A stretch of 63,961 nucleotides of DNA, filler included, from Nemertoderma westbladi (taxonomy: Eukaryota; Animalia; Xenacoelomorpha): NCBI GenBank assembly GCA_032718475.1. It is 3 parts of 3 records of this genome, joined end to end, with 100 filler letters (N's around TTAATTAATTAA, not from the genome) between each part and the next. Parts side by side here need not be neighbours in the genome. Positions count along the whole stretch, not along the records: positions 1 to 29,481 come from JAUCBJ010000549.1; 2 more parts are not named here. One strand, 5' to 3'. The translations under genes and the position numbers were made by a program. How positions within the stretch are numbered: the stretch's first letter is position 1; every line of letters begins with the position of its first letter. The notes under the pieces are model-generated. The model did no database searches and was not told the DNA's origin. It saw only the letters and a program-made list of their open reading frames with translations. Positions 1 to 11,835 of the stretch are shown here, one piece after another.

Positions 1-101
1 ACCGGTGAGGGATTGTTTTTAAAGAAATATTCCCTACTTAAATTTTTTTAATTTGAGTTAAAATTTTTAGATTTTTTATACGGCAAGGGGTTAAAAAAAT
101 T

Positions 102-156
102 AGAGAGTTTTAGTGATCTGCTAAATCACTTTAGCTGGTTGTTTCAGCACTTTCTT
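102..156 (+). tRNA. trnS1: mitochondrial-type tRNA-Ser(GCT), no D arm (NUMT)
   Basis: Acceptor agagagt/actttct; anticodon stem agtgat/atcact around loop CT-GCT-AA; T stem gctgg/tcagc; D arm missing, as is typical of metazoan trnS1. Confidence 0.8.
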
Positions 157-165
157 TCGCCCGGT

Positions 166-235
166 TAAAAAATATCATTTATCAGTAAGATTTTAAGTTT
201 TGATCTTAAACAAGTTTCCACTAAACTATTTTTAA
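166..235 (+). tRNA. trnQ: mitochondrial-type tRNA-Gln(TTG)
   Basis: Anticodon stem tttaag/cttaaa with loop TT-TTG-AT; T stem agttt/aaact; D stem atc/gat. Confidence 0.7.
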
Positions 236-246
236 TGGTTTTATTT

Positions 247-306
247 AAGTATTCAGTTAAGGTAAGCTAAAAACATGTGGGGTTTGAAATTTTTTAAAAA
301 TACTTT
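247..306 (+). tRNA. trnH: mitochondrial-type tRNA-His(GTG)
   Basis: Perfect acceptor aagtatt/aatactt; anticodon loop AT-GTG-GG is atypical and the T arm is weak. Confidence 0.55.
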
Positions 307-313
307 AATAGTT

Positions 314-385
314 TTTAGTGGCATCATTTAATGAAGATTGAGATTTGCAAAATCTTATATATTGGCTTTCCATTTGGCACTAAAG
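314..385 (+). tRNA. trnC: mitochondrial-type tRNA-Cys(GCA)
   Basis: Acceptor tttagtg/cactaaa; anticodon stem tgagat/atctta; loop TT-GCA-AA. Confidence 0.75.
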
Positions 386-404
386 ATTTTTAAAGGGCTT
401 GCAA

Positions 405-469
405 TTGTTTTTAGTATAATTAGTATGTAAAACTTCCAATTTTAAGGTTTCGTTGTTTGAAAAAACAAA
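405..469 (+). tRNA. trnG: mitochondrial-type tRNA-Gly(TCC)
   Basis: Acceptor ttgtttt/aaaacaa; anticodon stem taaaa/tttta; loop CT-TCC-AA. Confidence 0.8.
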
Positions 470-482
470 AAAGGGGGAGAAA

Positions 483-544
483 TTTAGGGTCAGTTAAATA
501 AGCTGTGGAGCTCATAACTCCAATATACGATTTCGTCTGTAATT
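483..544 (+). tRNA. trnM: mitochondrial-type tRNA-Met(CAT)
   Basis: tcagttaaataagct D arm; anticodon stem tggag/ctcca; loop CT-CAT-AA; T stem acga/tcgt. Confidence 0.8.
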
Positions 545-556
545 GTTAGTCTTGGG

Positions 557-621
557 AGAGTAGAAGCTAAATGAGTAGCGTTTGATTGTTAATCTTAAGG
601 TTGGGTTAATCCCCTACTTTA
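557..621 (+). tRNA. trnN: mitochondrial-type tRNA-Asn(GTT)
   Basis: Acceptor agagtag/ctacttt; loop TT-GTT-AA; T stem ggg/ccc. Confidence 0.75.
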
Positions 622-630
622 TACTATTTA

Positions 631-694
631 AGGGGCATAGTATAAGTTTAATACGTTGGGCTTACAACCTAAAAATATTTATTTTTTGTTTCTA
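631..694 (+). tRNA. trnV: mitochondrial-type tRNA-Val(TAC)
   Basis: Acceptor aggggca/tgtttct; anticodon stem ttggg/cctaa; loop CT-TAC-AA; directly precedes rrnL-like sequence. Confidence 0.8.
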
Positions 695-1065
695 TAGGAG
701 TGATGTTATTTTTTTGTTGCACGTAATTTTATTAATTTTAAACTTTTAAGGGGATGTTGTATTAATGGAAATTAAAAAATTACTTTTTGTATACTGTTTT
801 TTTAGTTATTTGGGTGTTTTTAGCCCGGTCTAGAAATGAATTGATTTAGTTTATTTTTTAAGAGTCTTGTGTCACTAAGATTTAAAAAGGTAAACTTGAT
901 GTGATATATTGTCAGAATTTATATTAGCTAGTTCTCCGCGAAAAGCATGTTAGTGCTGCGCTGGGTTGTACCATAAGTTGGTAGCATAGGGATAAGCCTT
1001 TGCTGCTATACAAATATTAGATTGAAGTTTTTGTTGTTCGGCTTATTAATATTTTATTCTATTTA
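695..1065 (+). rRNA. rrnL: 5' fragment of mitochondrial large-subunit rRNA (NUMT, truncated)
   Basis: Follows trnV. Motifs tactttttgtat, gatgtgatata...tagctagttctccgcgaaa and hairpin gtagcatagggataagcctttgctgc resemble rrnL domain II. The conserved 3' half is absent. Confidence 0.65.
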
Positions 1066-2859
1066 ATTTACCCCATTGTGATGTGCTGCAGTTGGTAGGA
1101 TACCGCTACTACGAACTATTAGGGGTCGTTGACCTCAGCCGGAAGTATTCAGGACCTTACTTTGACTTTTATTCTGGACTTTGCTTTGGGCAGGTCCTGT
1201 GGGCAGTTAGGCTTTGGGTTGGGATACACAATAACAATAGGTCAGCTCAGAACAACAAGGTGTAAGTCAGTAAAAGTTACGATATTGAATTTAGAAATTT
1301 AAAATTAAGTTAATTAATTGACTAATTTAAAATTAAAAAAAAATTAATTAGCGACAAAATCATAATTTATATTTTTGACTTACTGTATGCAACTTCTTTA
1401 TTATGCTTATGCTTTACTTGCAGAACTTGTAACATGCTTAATTTTAAATCAGCATGGTCGATAGATTTGTTTAATTAATTGAGAATAATTTTTTGCAAGG
1501 AAAAATTTATTAACTTTCAAAATAAAATTCAAATTTCAAAAAATGCAAAAAAAACTAAAAAAACTTTCTAACAGAGGAAAAATTGTAAATCGTAAAAACA
1601 AAATTAAAAAAAATTTTAAAAACTGCAAAAGTAAAAAAATTTATTTTTGCAGACACAGCAAAATTTAATTCTATGTCAAAAACGTGCAAATTTGTTTAAA
1701 AATTCCAGAAGATTAGTAATTTTATGAGGAAAAAAGCATTCCAACATAATTACCTTTAAAGCTTGATGAACTTCACGCGGAAAAATGTATATTCGTATTC
1801 AATATGAATTGCGAAATGTCCTACATGTACTCTAAGACTAAGAATAATAATATGCTGTTAATTACAAAAGGCCTAAGGAAACGGCTAAGCACTATGGAGG
1901 GTTTTCCAGGTCGCTGTTTTCATTTCCGATGTCAGTTTTCACTTTTAAGGAAATCTAGCCTGTCTGACAGACATAAAGACGAAACAAGGACGTCAAATTT
2001 TAAAACCGAGAAACAGAAAAACCCCTGCAGGAATTTTTTAGCTTTTACATTTTATAGACCGACAGGCAGCCGTAGAGAGTCATATCAGAAGTATAAGTGA
2101 TCTAGCTCAGCGGTTTATAGATGTAGATTATTAAATCATGGGCCAGTCCAGTTCAGTTCAGGTTCGTACACGTATTGTATTGATAGTGCTTACTCGAACC
2201 AAAGTCAATTTTTAGATACAAACAAATAAAAATTAGAAAGTATTCGAATAACACAATAAAATAACAACATGTATACTGTAGTTCAGATTGCAGTAGTGAT
2301 TCTGATCATATAACTTAGTAACAACACGAATAAGCTGCAATTTTTTACTTATAAAGAGCTAATATTCCACCAATAATAATGCTACTGTATACTTTATGGT
2401 ATACTGTCATACCGTCACGGACAGCATTCATAATTAAATAATTAATTATATCAGCATATGGAAAGTATCTATGGCGTGGTGACGGCCAGGTGTTGTCACT
2501 TATCTCGTAGTGGTGTATGACTAGAAACTAAGCATACAGTAATATGGTAGCGAACCAGGATAGTATGCAACGGAAAACACCAGCATAATTTAGTACATTG
2601 TAGTCCCCCGTTATTGCAGCTTAAATCAACTTATAAAAAGACCATTAATTAACAACCTTACGTAATCAATATTCAGTATGTTAATTAATATTCCATAATT
2701 TCTTCTGCATTTCAAAGTATTGTTGCGCGATATTTCATTTCAACCAACTTTCAAGTCCTAGTAACAGCGTTTAGTGATGGTTATCTAATATTCCCAGTAG
2801 ATGACACAACTTTAAAAGTTCAAACTCAAAGTAACAACTTCAAACTTTAAATGTATAAC

Positions 2860-2916
2860 ACAACTTTAAAAGGGGAATTAATTATTATCTATAGTTAATT
2901 CCCCTTTTAAAGTTGT
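2860..2916. repeat. perfect 22-bp inverted repeat (hairpin, 13-nt loop)
   Basis: acaactttaaaaggggaattaa / ttaattccccttttaaagttgt. Confidence 0.9.
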
Positions 2917-3132
2917 CAAGTCAAGTCAGTCAACTCAGTCAGTCAAGTCAGAGTACTATTTCTCGATAAAGAGCTTATAATTTAAATAGTAATAAGTTGG
3001 GAAGACCAGAGGGCTCCTAAAAGCGAAGTCCCGGAGAGAGACGTCGCTTTTAGCTTAGAAACACTATACTTTTGGGGATGGAGTGTTTACTCTGGGTAAT
3101 CTAATTGTAGTGGAAGGTTTTAGAGATCTTAA

Positions 3133-3390
3133 GGTTCACACTCACGGAACGGTACACCGCGCGGTTTACCGCTGCCCATTGAAATAAGGATAATAAATGA
3201 ATGTCTAAACTGCTGAATTGACTGTGAACAGATAGACGACCAGTTACCACAACGGTACCGTTGGGTGTGAACGGGCTCCGGGTAGTGTATAGTGGCATAC
3301 CGCTTCAAAACCGCTAGACTAACCATCGGGTCCAAACTACCCGTCAACGGGTAGTTTACCGTTCACGCACCCGTGAGGATGAACGAGCCC
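3133..3390. mobile_element. PIF/Harbinger-like MITE
   Basis: Imperfect TIRs ggttcacactcacgg ... ccgtgaggatgaacgagccc in TAA/TTTAA context, with internal palindromes. Confidence 0.5.
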
Positions 3391-4070
3391 TTTAATTGGT
3401 GCCAATCCCATACTGGTAGTGTGACTACTCAAACCAATGGTGGTGCTGTGCTGATCATAATAAAAGGAAATATGCGTAATAAACAAGATGAAAGAATTGC
3501 GTACATCTATTAATAGTGAAGGTGTCAACAATAAAAGCAAACAGTCGGCCGAGGCCGGAGGCGACCCGAAGGTGGGGTGGGCGCTGCTCCTATCCCAAGA
3601 TTCGCTCCCAGTAATTTAACTGGTACTCATAATTTAACTAGTACTCAACAATCAAACTATTTATTATTAATTCAGTTACATGCATGAATAAAATAAATGT
3701 CAAATATTTAAAGAAAGTGGTGAATAATACAATACACAATATTATAAAAAGATAGCTATATACCATTCATAACGATATTGAACTTTTGAAGAACATTCTT
3801 TAGATTGTGAATATTACAAATATTGAGAAACTTTAAATTCTCAAAACTATTAAATATTATCTACTGTATAACAAAACGCACAAAACCTAGTAATTAGATG
3901 GAGTACCATCGACTAATTATAAATATATGCTAATGCTTCGATCACTGTGGCTCGCCCCTTACATTCCGCTCACTAGGTGTTTGGTAGGTTTGGTACCTTA
4001 GGTTTACATGAGGTGATCGAGGTAGAAGCATTTAGCATACGGATATAATTATTTCATTATTTTAGAGTGA

Positions 4071-4117
<47 letters not shown>
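4071..4117. repeat. (TCTG)n microsatellite
   Basis: About 11 perfect units. Confidence 0.9.
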
Positions 4118-4118
<1 letters not shown>

Positions 4119-4590
4119 AGACGAAGGGACGCTATGCATAAAGGCAAAGTAATAGATGGAGCTAAATGTGTAAAGCTATACGCACAAGTGTAAATAATTA
4201 AAGAAACATGTTCAGTTCTCAATATCTGCGCGCATTTTATGTAAACAAAGCAAATATTTAAATTCTAGAACATAAGAGAATCATTATATTACAATAATAA
4301 GTCTTCTGGGAGAAGTGAAATGAAACACACAGAAATGTGGGAACTGAAAATGGGGTTTAAGGTAAAAATTAAAAGGCGGGTACCGGTACGTACAGCAGTA
4401 TACCACGTTTTACAGATCAGTGTCAAGGTTTTTATTGCACTTTTATTTAGCCGAGGGCAAAATTACACTTATAATAAAATATTGCATTTTTATTAGTTTA
4501 GAGTTGCACGTTTAATACTTATAGATGGAAAACGCGGTCGAAGTGTGCAATTCGTATAAGTCTGTTATTATATTATATTCTTATTATTAA

Positions 4591-5234
4591 CCCTTAAACT
4601 GGTGAAAACTCATGAGTTTTGGGAGGGCCAATTCCACTTGGTGGGAATTTTTCTAATGGTAGTATCTGACTTGGCGAGAACTCATATTTGAGTTCTCTCA
4701 AGTCTAATTCCCTCTTGCCTTGGTGGATCTTTTTTTTAAGAAGAATTAGTTGACTTGGTGAAAACTCACATATGAGTTTATAAGCCATCGTCTGGACTTC
4801 TATTCCTCCTTGGTGAGTGTTTTTCTTTTATTTATATTTTAAAGCTCAAAAATAATTTATGTAAATTTAAGAATTGAATGCGGAATAATGTTAGTTTGGA
4901 ATTCATAAAAAGAATGAAAAACAATCTTGTGAGTGTTCTTCTTCTTCAAAGTGTTGAGATTTTTATTTATCGAATAAGACTAATTATTTTAAAAAATGCT
5001 GCGAATTAATAAATTAGCCATAGACTGCGTAATTTTCAACTTCAGAGGCCGTTATATATATCATCTGAAAGAGGATAAAATTACCTTCAACCTGGTGCTT
5101 ATAGTTTGTCTCTGTGACATATAACTCAATGCTTCCTTCCTGACAGCTGATAAACAATAGTATAGCCGAAACTCATATATGAGTTTTCACCAAATGGAGA
5201 TGGCGTTTTAGAAAAATCGTCACCAGTTTAAGGG
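4591..5234. mobile_element. piggyBac-like MITE
   Basis: TTAA|cccttaaactggtga ... tcaccagtttaaggg|ATAA; repeated subterminal ggtgaaaactca motifs. Confidence 0.7.
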
Positions 5235-5620
5235 ATAATGACCACACAAAGACAAAACTACAAAGTACGAAATATATAGTTGTGAAAATTATAACAAATT
5301 GCATCCGGTACTGTATTGCAACTAATATATTATAAAATTACACAATAATATAACGCAATTAACCCCGCCAACTTATGTCTGGTCGTCGATGGTCATGTCG
5401 TTTAATATTTAATGAATTTAGAAATTATGACGATAATAATTGCATAGATCAACGTTAGACTCAATATAAAGGAACATTTCCTGACTCGCATCCCTAGTTG
5501 CATAGCATAAACTTCCAGTCACTTAAAATATGCCAGTTAGTTAGTACTAATATAAAATATTAAACCCGTTAAAGCCGCTCCCCAAGTCTTGTTTTTCTAA
5601 ACAACGAAAACATAAAAGGG

Positions 5621-6407
5621 TTACTTTTTGAACCGGGTACTGAATCTCGGTGATTGGGGTACCGTTGGAGGCTGACTGCTCTTCTCAACGCGAACCCCAA
5701 CGTAGTGATTTACTGGTTGAGCCGGACGTAGTCGACTCTTCCGTTCCTCCAACACTTCCCGTACCTCCCGCTGTCGTTCTATCTCCTCCCGCTCCTTACG
5801 AACTGTCGCCAACTCCTCCACTCTCGCTTTATCCAACTCGCCCTTCGCCTGCCACTCGCGCGCGCGCGCCTCGCAGTGCGTCGGAATGCCGTCGGTGTCC
5901 GCGCTACTGTCGGACGCGAGCCGACGTCGGCGTTTAGTCGGAGTCGGACCCCCGGGGTTCACTGTCGTGTCGCCCCGCTTCGCGACTCGCTCGTCCGTGG
6001 CGAAGTGGAACGGCTCCACCTTGGTGGCCCCCGCGGTGCGTTTCGGCGGGAGTCGATCCCGCGCCGGACTGGGCATCCCGCGCGCGTGGAACCCCGGAAC
6101 CCGCGCGCTCCGTTCGCTCCGCACAGCCGCCACGTGCGCCTCGCGGCTCTCGCCGAGCGCGCGGGAGCGTTCCTCCACGCCGAGGAACGGCGACGACGCT
6201 ATGGAGCGAGGCTCGATGACCGGATGGAACGGGGCTCGCGGGGGCGGTACCGGGTTGGCCCGGACCGGAGCCGGTGCCGGAGCCGGAACCGCGGTGGGAC
6301 GGGATCGCAACTTAAACTTGGGCGACTTCGGGACGGTGGCGAGAGACGGTTTAATAGCCGGGACGCCGGTTGGTTTGTCGTTCCGCGGTGGCGAAGAGGC
6401 CGTGAAT
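5621..6407 (-). CDS. TPX2: TPX2 spindle assembly factor, exon 2 (last)
   Basis: Acceptor ttttccccttag, in frame with exon 1 (EVYR|FTA). Motifs VEPFHFATDERV and C-terminal AQPVNHYVGVRVEKSSQPPTVPQSPRFSTRF match the TPX2 C-terminal domain. Confidence 0.88.
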
Positions 6408-6526
6408 CTAAGGGGAAAATGAAAGTGAAGCAACAACAATGGTCGCTACAGTAACCGTGAGCTATTTTTTCTTACACTATTAAGGTACTCTAGCAAACTG
6501 TATCGTAATGGTAATGGGTGAGATCT

Positions 6527-8780
6527 GTGTATTATGTTTGTGGCACTGGGTGTGTATTATATTTGTGGCACTGGGTGTGTATTATGTTTGTGGCACTGGC
6601 CACAGGGTATCTATTGTTTGTGGTAGGCCTACTGGGTGAGTATTATGTTTGTGGCTCTGGGTGTGTATTGTTTGTGGCACTGGGTGTATATTATTTTTGT
6701 GGCACTGGGTGTGTATTATGTTTGAGGCACTGGGTGTGTATTATGTTTGAGGCACTGGGTGTGTATTATGTTTGAGGCACTTGGTGTGTATTATGTTTGA
6801 GGCACTGGGTTTGTGTGTACTATGTTTGTAGCACTGAGTGTGTTTTGATTATGGCACTGGGTGTGTATTATGTTTGTGGCACTGGGTGTGTGTGTATTAT
6901 GTTTGTGGCACTGGGTGTGTGTGTATTATGTTTGTGGCACTGGGTGTGTATTATGTTTGTGGACTGGGTGTGTGTGTATTATGTTTGTGGCACTGGGTGT
7001 GTATTTTGTTTGTGGGACTGGGTGTGTAGGTCAGTTAGGTATTGTTTGTGGTACTGGCTGTGTATTATGATTGTGGGACTGGGGTATATTATTTTTGTGG
7101 CACTGGGAGTGTGTGTACTATATTTGTAGCACTGAGTGTGTTTTGATTATGGCACTGGGTGTGTATTATGTTTGTGGGACTGGGTGTGTGTGTATTATGT
7201 TTGTGGCACTGGGTGTGTGTGTATTATGTTTGTGGCACTGGGTGTGTATTATGTTTGTGGACTGGGTGTGTAGTATTATGTTTGTGGCATTGTGTGTGTA
7301 TTTTGTTTGTGGCACTGGGTGTGTAGGTCAGTTAGGTATTGTTTGTGGTACTGGCTGTGTATTATGATTGCGGGACTGGGGTATATTATGTTTGTGGCAC
7401 TGGGTGTGTGAGTACTATGTTTGTAGCACTGGGTGTGTTTTGATTATGGCACTGGGTGTGTATTATATTTGTGGCACTGGGTGTGTGTGTATTATGTTTG
7501 TGGCACTGGGTGTGTATTTTGTTTGTGGCACTGGGTGTGTGTGTATTACGTTTGTGGCACTGGGTATGTATTTATTGTGGCACTGGGTGTATGTTTGTGA
7601 CACTGGGTGTGTATTGATTGTGGCACTGGGTGTGTATTACGCTTGGGTGGGTGGGAGTGTGTGTGTGTGATATATATGTGGCACTGGGTCTGTATTGATT
7701 GTGGCACTTGGTGTGTATTGATTGTCGCACTGGGTGTGTATTGTTTGTGGCACTTGACTGTGTATTATGCTTGTGGCACTGGGTATGTATTTATTGTGGC
7801 ACTGGGTGTATGTTTGTGACACTGGGTATGTATTGATTGTGGCACTGGGTGTGTATTATGTTTGTGGCACTGGGTGTGTATTTTGTTTGTGGTGGTGGGT
7901 GTGTATTGATTGTAGCACTGGGTATGTATTGATTGTGGCACTGAGTGTGTATGTATTGTTTGTGGCACTGGCAGTGTATTATGTTTGTGGCACTGGGTAT
8001 GTACTTATTGTGGCACTGGGTGTATGTTTGTGACACTGGGTGTCTATTGATTGTGGCACTGGGTGTGTATTACACTTGAATGGGTGGGGGTGTGTGTGTG
8101 TAATATATGTGGCACTGGGTCTGTATTGATTGTGGCACTTGATGTATATTAATTGTGGCACTGGGTGTGTATTGTTTGTGGCACTGGTTGTGTATTGTTT
8201 GTGGCACTGGTTGTGTATTATGTTTGTTGCACTGGGTATGTATTTATTGTGCACTGGGTTTATGTTTGTGACACTGAGTGTGTATTTATTGTGGCACTAG
8301 GTATGTATTACGCTTGGGTGGGTGGGGGTGTGTGGGGGTGTGTGTGTGTGTGTGTAATATATGTGGCACTGGTCTGTATTGATTGTGGCACTTGGTGTGT
8401 ATTGATTGCGGGACTGGGTGTGTATTGATTGTGGCACTGGGTGAGTACTGTGTATTATGTTTGTGGCACTGGGTGTGTGTGTATTATGTTTGATGCACTG
8501 GGTATGTATTATGTTTGTGGCACTGGGTGTGTATTATGTATGATGCACTGGGTGTGTATTCTGTTTGAGGCACTGGGTGTGTATTATGTTTGTGGCACTG
8601 GGTGTGTATTATGTTTGATGCACTGGGTGTGTATTATGTTTGATGCACTGGGTGTGTATTATGTTTGTGGCACTGGGTGTGTATTATGTTTGATGCACTG
8701 GGTGTGTTTGATTGTGGCACTGGGTGTGTATTATGTTTGTGGCACTGGGTGTGTATTATGCTTGTGGGACTGGGTGTGTA
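6527..8780. repeat. GT-rich minisatellite (~25-bp unit gtggcactgggtgtgtattatgttt) filling the TPX2 intron
   Basis: Dozens of variant units; a higher-order block recurs at 7026 and 7323 (297-bp period). Confidence 0.95.
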
Positions 8781-8884
8781 AAATAAATTTATGTAAAATA
8801 GATGTAGCATATTATGAAACTTTATCCATCCACTCTGCTTTACGCATTTTGCACAATACATATTATTTACAGTATATTATTTAC

Positions 8885-10182
8885 CTGTATACTTCGGGGG
8901 GTTTTGGTGGATTGTTTAACTGACGATCTATAATCCGTTTGTTAGCTGTTAGTTTCGGGGTCAGCGGTTCGGTTATTGTCAGTGTTTCCTTAGCGACAAT
9001 CAATTTGGGTTTATAAATCCTTGGATCGATTCTCGTCGCCTTAAACTTTTCCCGCTCAGCCAATTCCATCTCCAATTCCTCACGTTCGATAGTGCTGGGC
9101 CCATCAGCTCTCCGTTTCCGCTTGCGGGACATAAAAGAAGGACTCTGTGGGACTGTGACCGACAACGGTTTGTGGGCTGGCGGTGCTCTGGGTCGACTGT
9201 GGAACCGATCGGGGGTCCGACGGACCATCTCTTCCGCGATCTGTGCACTTGACTTCCATTGGGTCGATGATTGCTGAACCTTAGCGAACCTACGAGCTGG
9301 AGTGCTAACAGGTTCCTGCGTCTCAGAAAGTGAGGTGCTGCGTTTAAACCGAACTCGGTGTTTCGTTGCACTGGCGACACCAACAATCTCGGATTGTAGA
9401 TTACTTTTCTCTTCTGGTTCATTCCTCGGCTCTGGCTCCAACTCGCATTGGCTCAAAACAGTCGGACCCGGTGTCGGCGGTATGTCGTAGGTTAACCGCT
9501 TGTCCGACACCACCGGCTTCAGGTTACCTTCGCTGTTAAGTTTCTGGTCTATGGACATCGCTGCTAGCCTCTGGGAACGCCGCGGGGTTCTAGTAGCTGG
9601 CGGGGCCGACTGGGAACGTCGTTTCTTGACCATCGGAGTAGTGACGGTATTGACGGCCATACTGCTATTTATTGCAACTACCTCGGTCTTGGCAGGGGTG
9701 TTGACGGTATTGTCGGCAAGGTTGGCAATTATTTTCACTGCTTCGGTTGTTTTGGCAGGGGTGGTGGTGCTGGTGGTATTGTAGGCAGTGGAAATTATTG
9801 CCAATGTTTCGGTCTTGGCAGGGGTGGTGATTGTATTCTCGGCCATGCTGGCAATTATTTCATCTGTTCTGGTATGGGTAGTGGTGGTAATGGATACAGA
9901 ATTGTCGCAATTGCTGGTAGTTATGGCATCTTCCTTGGCATCTTTTGGACCCGCTATCTCATCAAAGCTCTTGCGGGAACCCCCTGCATCAGGCAGAGTG
10001 TCATCTAGGTTCTCCTTATTGTCGTTAAGGCCGTTGTTATCGGAAGTGGAGGAAGATCGTATCGGGCCATTCTCATCCCGATCCCGGAACCAAACATCAG
10101 CCCCATCTTGGTACTGTGCGCGTCCCAGTCTCTGGAGTTCACCAAAATCACAATATTGAGGACAATCAAAGTTGCAATCCAT
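8885..10182 (-). CDS. TPX2: TPX2 exon 1 (spliced product about 694 aa)
   Basis: ATG at 10182. N-terminal FDCPQYCDF...DGADVWF resembles the Aurora-A-binding segment; TPDRFHSRP, SVTVPQSPSF and KFKATRIDPRI are TPX2 motifs. Donor CAG|GTAA, phase 2. Confidence 0.88.
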
Positions 10183-10639
10183 ATTTTGCAATTTCAAAGC
10201 AACAGGTGTTCATAAAATATATACAGATATACCGGTAGCGTAGCATAGCATAACTGCATGGTAACTCAACCAAAAGCCAACTGATAAAATAAAATTATGG
10301 GGCTACCCTGGTACCGGTAGCCTAAATTAGGGCCTAATACAGTAATAGATTACCGGTAGCTGATTACTGGATTAGGGATTAGGGCATAATCCAGTAATCT
10401 GTTGCAAATTTGCAGATACAGATTCAGAGATTGCAACCGATACCGGCTGACCGGTCAGCCAGTACAACGTACCTGCAGACAGGTGATAGCAGAAAATTTC
10501 CACCCCCTAAAAATTAGACTATTGCATATCCCCAACTGAAACTTTCACAAAAAATTAACTTCTCCACACAAAAATGGAACTCTATAATACAGTAGGCCAA
10601 CAATACAGCAATATTGAATACTGTAGGCCCTTTATACTG

Positions 10640-11370
10640 TTGCACTATAGCAGTGAGTATATAGTTTCTTAGTGTTTCCAATAGGTTGTGTTCAGTGTTA
10701 GCATCCTCTAATTTCCTAAGTAACATTGTGTAGTCGACCGTATCAAAAGCTGATAACAAGTCTAATGATACTATATACATTGGTGAACCCTTTTTTGTGA
10801 ATTCATTTACTAAGTTGTTGACCAGTGCATTAGTGCATACGTCATTTCTGTATTGATTTTTTGTTTATAACCCATCTGCAAGTCATGAGAGTCCAATGGC
10901 AATTCAGGGAGTATAAGCATTTCCCAAAGTTTGGCAATTAATTAACAGCTACAATTGCAATTCCACGACAGCTCTTAGTTGACAATTTATCCAGATTCCT
11001 GCCCTTATATAATGGCATTAACAGAGACATGCTCAACTTCTTTGGACACGAACAGGAAGTTCTCATAGAATTGAATATGTATGCTAAGGCGCTGCAGAGC
11101 CCATCAGAGATTCCAAAAAATAAATGTTCTGACTTTAACCCGAAGAAATCAGTAGCCTTTTTCCTGTTTAAATTGCGGATACCACTTTGCAATGCATTCT
11201 GTGGACAGGATTGGTGTCGTTTAATGTCTTCGCTTCATGAGATGCTATTTTTTTTTCCAACGGCTTACCATTCATCAATGGAGCTCATCAATGGAGCTCG
11301 AACGAGCTCGTGTATTATTCGCATAATGGGATACCACAATATTTAATTATAAAATCATTGCACCAGTGAA
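10640..11370 (-). pseudogene. decayed non-LTR retrotransposon RT fragment
   Basis: PLYKG...RGIAI and SLDLLSAFDTVDY motifs with stops and frameshifts; probably the same element as the endonuclease remnant at 12805-13990. Confidence 0.7.
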
Positions 11371-11598
11371 CGTTTGTTTGTAATTTTTGTTTTGTTCTGA
11401 TGTAATATGGTTTTAGGGGGTGCGTTATTCGTTTTATGTTCTGTTCAAAAAAAAAAGGAGAGAAAGCAGTAGCATAGCTAGTTTTGCCTCTTACCTTCTT
11501 TTTCTCAGAGAATCGTGATGTGGTACACCGGTTGGGTTATTATGGTGATGTCGGCCAGTGATCCTGAGTATATTCTGCGATGCCATATATCAGTGCAA

Positions 11599-11835
11599 TT
11601 TTTCTAATAATAGTAACTGTATTGTAATGTGCCGAAATTTCAGTTTTAAATTTTATTTTAAGTTTATTTTTCTAATAATAGTAACTGTATTGTAATGTGC
11701 CGAAATTTCAGTTTTAAATTTTATTTTAAGTTTATTTTTCTAATAATAGTAACTGTATTGTATTGTGCCGAAATTGCAATTTTAATTTTATTTTAAATTT
11801 CGTTTACGGAGTAAATAAAAAAAAAAAAAAAAAAA
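11599..11835 (+). repeat. 68-bp tandem triplication ending in AATAAA and poly(A) (retro-inserted 3' end)
   Basis: Units start at 11601, 11669 and 11737; A-run at 11817-11835. Confidence 0.75.

Noticed and set aside
40-100. Possible additional mitochondrial tRNA or rrnS end
   Set aside because: An acceptor-like T/A stem is present, but no convincing anticodon arm could be folded.
5650-6454. Long plus-strand ORFs overlapping TPX2 exon 2
   Set aside because: Expected by chance in ~70% GC sequence; no recognisable domains.
6518-8923. Many Cys/Val/Trp-rich ORFs
   Set aside because: Translations of the intronic minisatellite in several frames, not proteins.
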